From contig CBDBDQ010000005.1 in NCBI GenBank assembly GCA_965203905.1, forward strand, positions 4,704,001-4,768,000: a DNA stretch of 64,000 bases, read 5' to 3'. The translations under genes and the position numbers were made by a program. How positions within the stretch are numbered: the first letter of the stretch is position 1; every line of letters starts with the position of its first letter. Positions 61,484 to 64,000 of the stretch are shown in pieces. Under the pieces are notes generated by a model, which worked only from the letters and a program-made list of their open reading frames with translations, ran no database searches and had not been told where the DNA came from. The stretch is from Spirochaetia bacterium (lineage in GTDB: Bacteria; Spirochaetota; Spirochaetia; SZUA-6; Bin103).

Positions 61484-61552
61484 GCAACACTATCGTCAAC
61501 ACGAACGTCAACCTTTCTGTCAACGTTTTCTGCAACGCTTTTCTGCTACTTT
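61484..61552 (+). repeat. Degenerate 11-13-bp tandem repeats with (gt)caac cores
   Basis: gcaacactatc gtcaacacgaac gtcaacctttct gtcaacgttttct gcaacgcttttct gctacttt. Confidence 0.65.
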
Positions 61553-62003
61553 GCCGAATTACGTGGCTCTGTATTGGCCAAAAAATGTCTCGGACCCCTT
61601 GACACGATTCTCCAGCACCTCCCTACTAGTCCTGGAGTCGCTTCTGGCAGTCCGGAAGCTGGTGGCGTAAGCCACCGGCCCTCCGGGGAGAGCGCGCAGC
61701 AGGCCCACCTCCCGGTTAGAATAGTAAGTGAGGCAGAGCCGCTCACCGATGCCCACAGCCCGTCTCGGGAGTCTGAAGTGTTACGAAATGGCTGTGGATA
61801 GCGGGCAGAACGCCCCACAATGGCCCTCCGCGCCTCTATCTCAATGAAAAGCAGGGGGGCGGCCTCTCCGCGAGGTCAAACACTTGGTCTGCGCACCTGA
61901 ACACCAAGCTGCGCACCCGCTACAAGCCGGATAGACAGCCGCAGCGCTGAAGCAGTATCCTGCCTGCAGGGGCACCGAGCACGTGTAGGCTTGTGTATAC
62001 GAT

Positions 62004-62675
62004 ATGGATACCCCCCACCCCCCTGACAAACGGATAGAACCTCTCACTGAGCCAGAGGAAAAGACTGGCCGTAAGTACTTTGAACGCAACACAAAGAACG
62101 CCAGAGCCGGGCGCATCCTCTGGTTCCGGGTGCGGGTCCAGGGCATGTCAACACATGACGCCTGGATGTCGATCTTCCCGAACGCCGGCAAGAACCGCCG
62201 CAGCATCCAGCAACAGGCGTCTCGATTCCTGCGCTGGTACGAGGAAAACTACCCCGGCACGTTCCACGAAATCGCCGCCGCGTTCGACCTGACGCCGCAG
62301 CGCATGGGCGAGTTGCTCGACGAGATGTTCCATGCCAAGGTCTGGCGCTGGGACCCGAAACAGGAGAAGCACGTCGAGACGGACGAGCCCAACTGGAAGG
62401 TGCGCACCGCCGCTTTCGACCGGCTGCTGAAGCTCATGGAGAAGGATGAGAAGTGGCGCCGGCAGTTCATCGAGCAGGACGAGAGCCGGCCCGTCAACCT
62501 CGCCACCATCCCCGAGTTCAAGACGATGGAAGAGTTCGAGGCGTGGAAGGCCAACCGCGACATCCTCAAGGAGATCGAGGAGAAGCGCAAACAGGCGATG
62601 GAAGCCCATGAGCGCGTCGTCGAGGCCGAGGGCCGGAAGTTGCCCCCGCCGCCGACGAATGGCTCCCACCACTGA
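62004..62675 (+). CDS. Hypothetical protein (phage-like, helical)
   Basis: 223-aa ORF with strong GC3 bias; no catalytic motif recognised. Confidence 0.7.
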   Translation: MDTPHPPDKRIEPLTEPEEKTGRKYFERNTKNARAGRILWFRVRVQGMSTHDAWMSIFPNAGKNRRSIQQQASRFLRWYEENYPGTFHEIAAAFDLTPQRMGELLDEMFHAKVWRWDPKQEKHVETDEPNWKVRTAAFDRLLKLMEKDEKWRRQFIEQDESRPVNLATIPEFKTMEEFEAWKANRDILKEIEEKRKQAMEAHERVVEAEGRKLPPPPTNGSHH

Positions 62676-62748
62676 GTGAACGGCTCTGAGTGAACGACAG
62701 ATGATGCGGCTCTGCGCGGGCTGGCGTGTGCCGACATGTGTCGACAAA

Positions 62749-62957
62749 TATGGATACCCCTCAGCCCCCTGCGAAACGGCCAGAACCCCTTACAGAACCA
62801 GAGGAAAAGGAAGGCGTAATTAACTTGAACGCAACACAAAGAACGCCAGAACCGGGCGCATCCTGTGGTTCCGGGTGAAGGTCCAGGGCATGTCGACACA
62901 TGACGCTTGGGTCTCGATCTTCCCGAACGCCGGCAAGAACCGCCTGCAGCATCCAGT
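62749..62957 (+). pseudogene. Frameshifted partial duplicate of the 5' part of 62004-62675
   Basis: tatggataccc...cagcatccag is colinear with 62003-62210. Confidence 0.85.
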
Positions 62958-63670
62958 CTCAGGCGTCTCGCGCCGCGCGGTTGCATCCGGTATACTCACG
63001 ACGATCAGCGCTTCCGCCGGCCCTGGTTCCTTTTCTGTCGGGGCTCTGGTCCGGGTGCCCGTTGAGTTGCGGAAACGACACTCGGGCACCTGTTCTTTTC
63101 TCCAGCGGGAATCGCCGCTCCTGTAGCCACGGCGCGCTGGCAGCGCTGAGGTGGTGCCCATACACCATCTCGCACGTGTGACGGCTCCTGGGGCGCCTGA
63201 GCGACTGGGCAAGCAGCGAAGGCGGCCCGGGGGTCCCCACCGGGACCTCCCCTTGCTACTTCTCACCGATACCCAGGACGCAAGCTCGATGGCGGTGATG
63301 CGTTGGTTCAGGACGAACGTGGCGTCGCCGGCCGTTCAAAGCGCCAGTCGTTCTGGTTGGGCATCGTTCCTTAGACGCGAAAAGCCGCCTCCCCCCGACA
63401 CTCGGCAGGGGAAGGCGGCAGTTACGGAGGGGTGTTACCCCAAGCACAAGCCTATCGGTGTGCGCCGGGGCACGGCAAGTAGCGGGCGGAAGGGACAAGG
63501 TGGGAGGCCCGCCCGCGATCCACGGGGTACGGCTCCCACGTCCGCAGCTCCGGGATTCGCCGCGGCGAGGGCCTTCGATCATCCCAGTTCGCGGCAACGC
63601 AGCCGCTCCAGGCGCTCGGTTTCGGGTGGGAGGCCATCCCGCTGTCGGCCGCCCTGGTCTCCCACCAGGT

Positions 63671-64000
63671 TCAACCAGGTGCGTCTGCAGTCGACGGGCC
63701 CGCGCGCCCAGGCGGCTCGGTTTCGGAGTCAGGTGGGGGATCATCCCGCGAATCCGCGGGTTCGACCGACACCAGCATGGGCGGTGGTGCCATGTAGGGC
63801 ACGTGCATCAACTCCGCGGCGCGGCGCTTGGCTTCCTCGGGGCGGCGGTCATAGCGCTGGGTGGTCTGGACGTTCGCGTGCCCCGCGAGCTGCTGCACAC
63901 TGGAAATATCGGCACCGGCATCGAGCATCTCGCCGACGAAGCTGCGGCGCAGGTCGTGCGGCGAGAACTGTTTGATGCCGGCGAGCTTGGCGAGGTAGCG
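63671..64000 (-). CDS. Tyrosine recombinase (XerC/D-like), C-terminal part; gene extends beyond the window
   Basis: [10 protein letters not shown]...[23 protein letters not shown] (HxxR, H, Y). Confidence 0.92.
   Translation of the reverse strand, partial: RYLAKLAGIKQFSPHDLRRSFVGEMLDAGADISSVQQLAGHANVQTTQRYDRRPEEAKRRAAELMHVPYMAPPPMLVSVEPADSRDDPPPDSETEPPGRAGPSTADAPG

Noticed and set aside
62003-62957. Diversity-generating retroelement template/variable repeat pair
   Set aside because: The repeat covers the 5' end, mismatches include indels and non-A positions, and the only RT-related sequence is a group II intron remnant.
1-64000. tRNA or rRNA genes
   Set aside because: None recognised; a covariance-model scan is needed to exclude them formally.

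Overview
High-GC bacterial chromosome segment. The substrate-binding protein (SBP) leaders, PhyH dioxygenases, VapBC and ankyrin genes suggest a host-associated, possibly sponge-symbiont Spirochaetaceae-like organism; this is an inference. 1-44 kb is mostly metabolism and transport: peptide- and sugar-type ABC systems, glgX, addAB, PhyH dioxygenases, oxidoreductases and a nucleoside hydrolase. Interspersed are a Fic gene, a DUF6978/DUF1828-like pair, vapBC plus an orphan antitoxin copy, a nucleotidyltransferase-HTH pair, a lower-GC catabolic island (about 23.7-32.6 kb) and many gene scars. From about 45.56 kb a composite integrative region truncates an HNH gene. It holds a P4-type integrase, two alpA genes, a deleted group II intron, IS3, an ISAs1 remnant, orphan ORFs, a broken amino-acid ABC system, phage-like HTH genes and a second tyrosine recombinase. 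The best novelty candidate is at 57.75-60.6 kb: a promoter, a structured c4-like leader RNA, a 40-aa uORF, then a translationally coupled collagen-ankyrin lipoprotein and a pentapeptide-repeat protein. All family assignments come from motif recognition by eye; no database searches were run.
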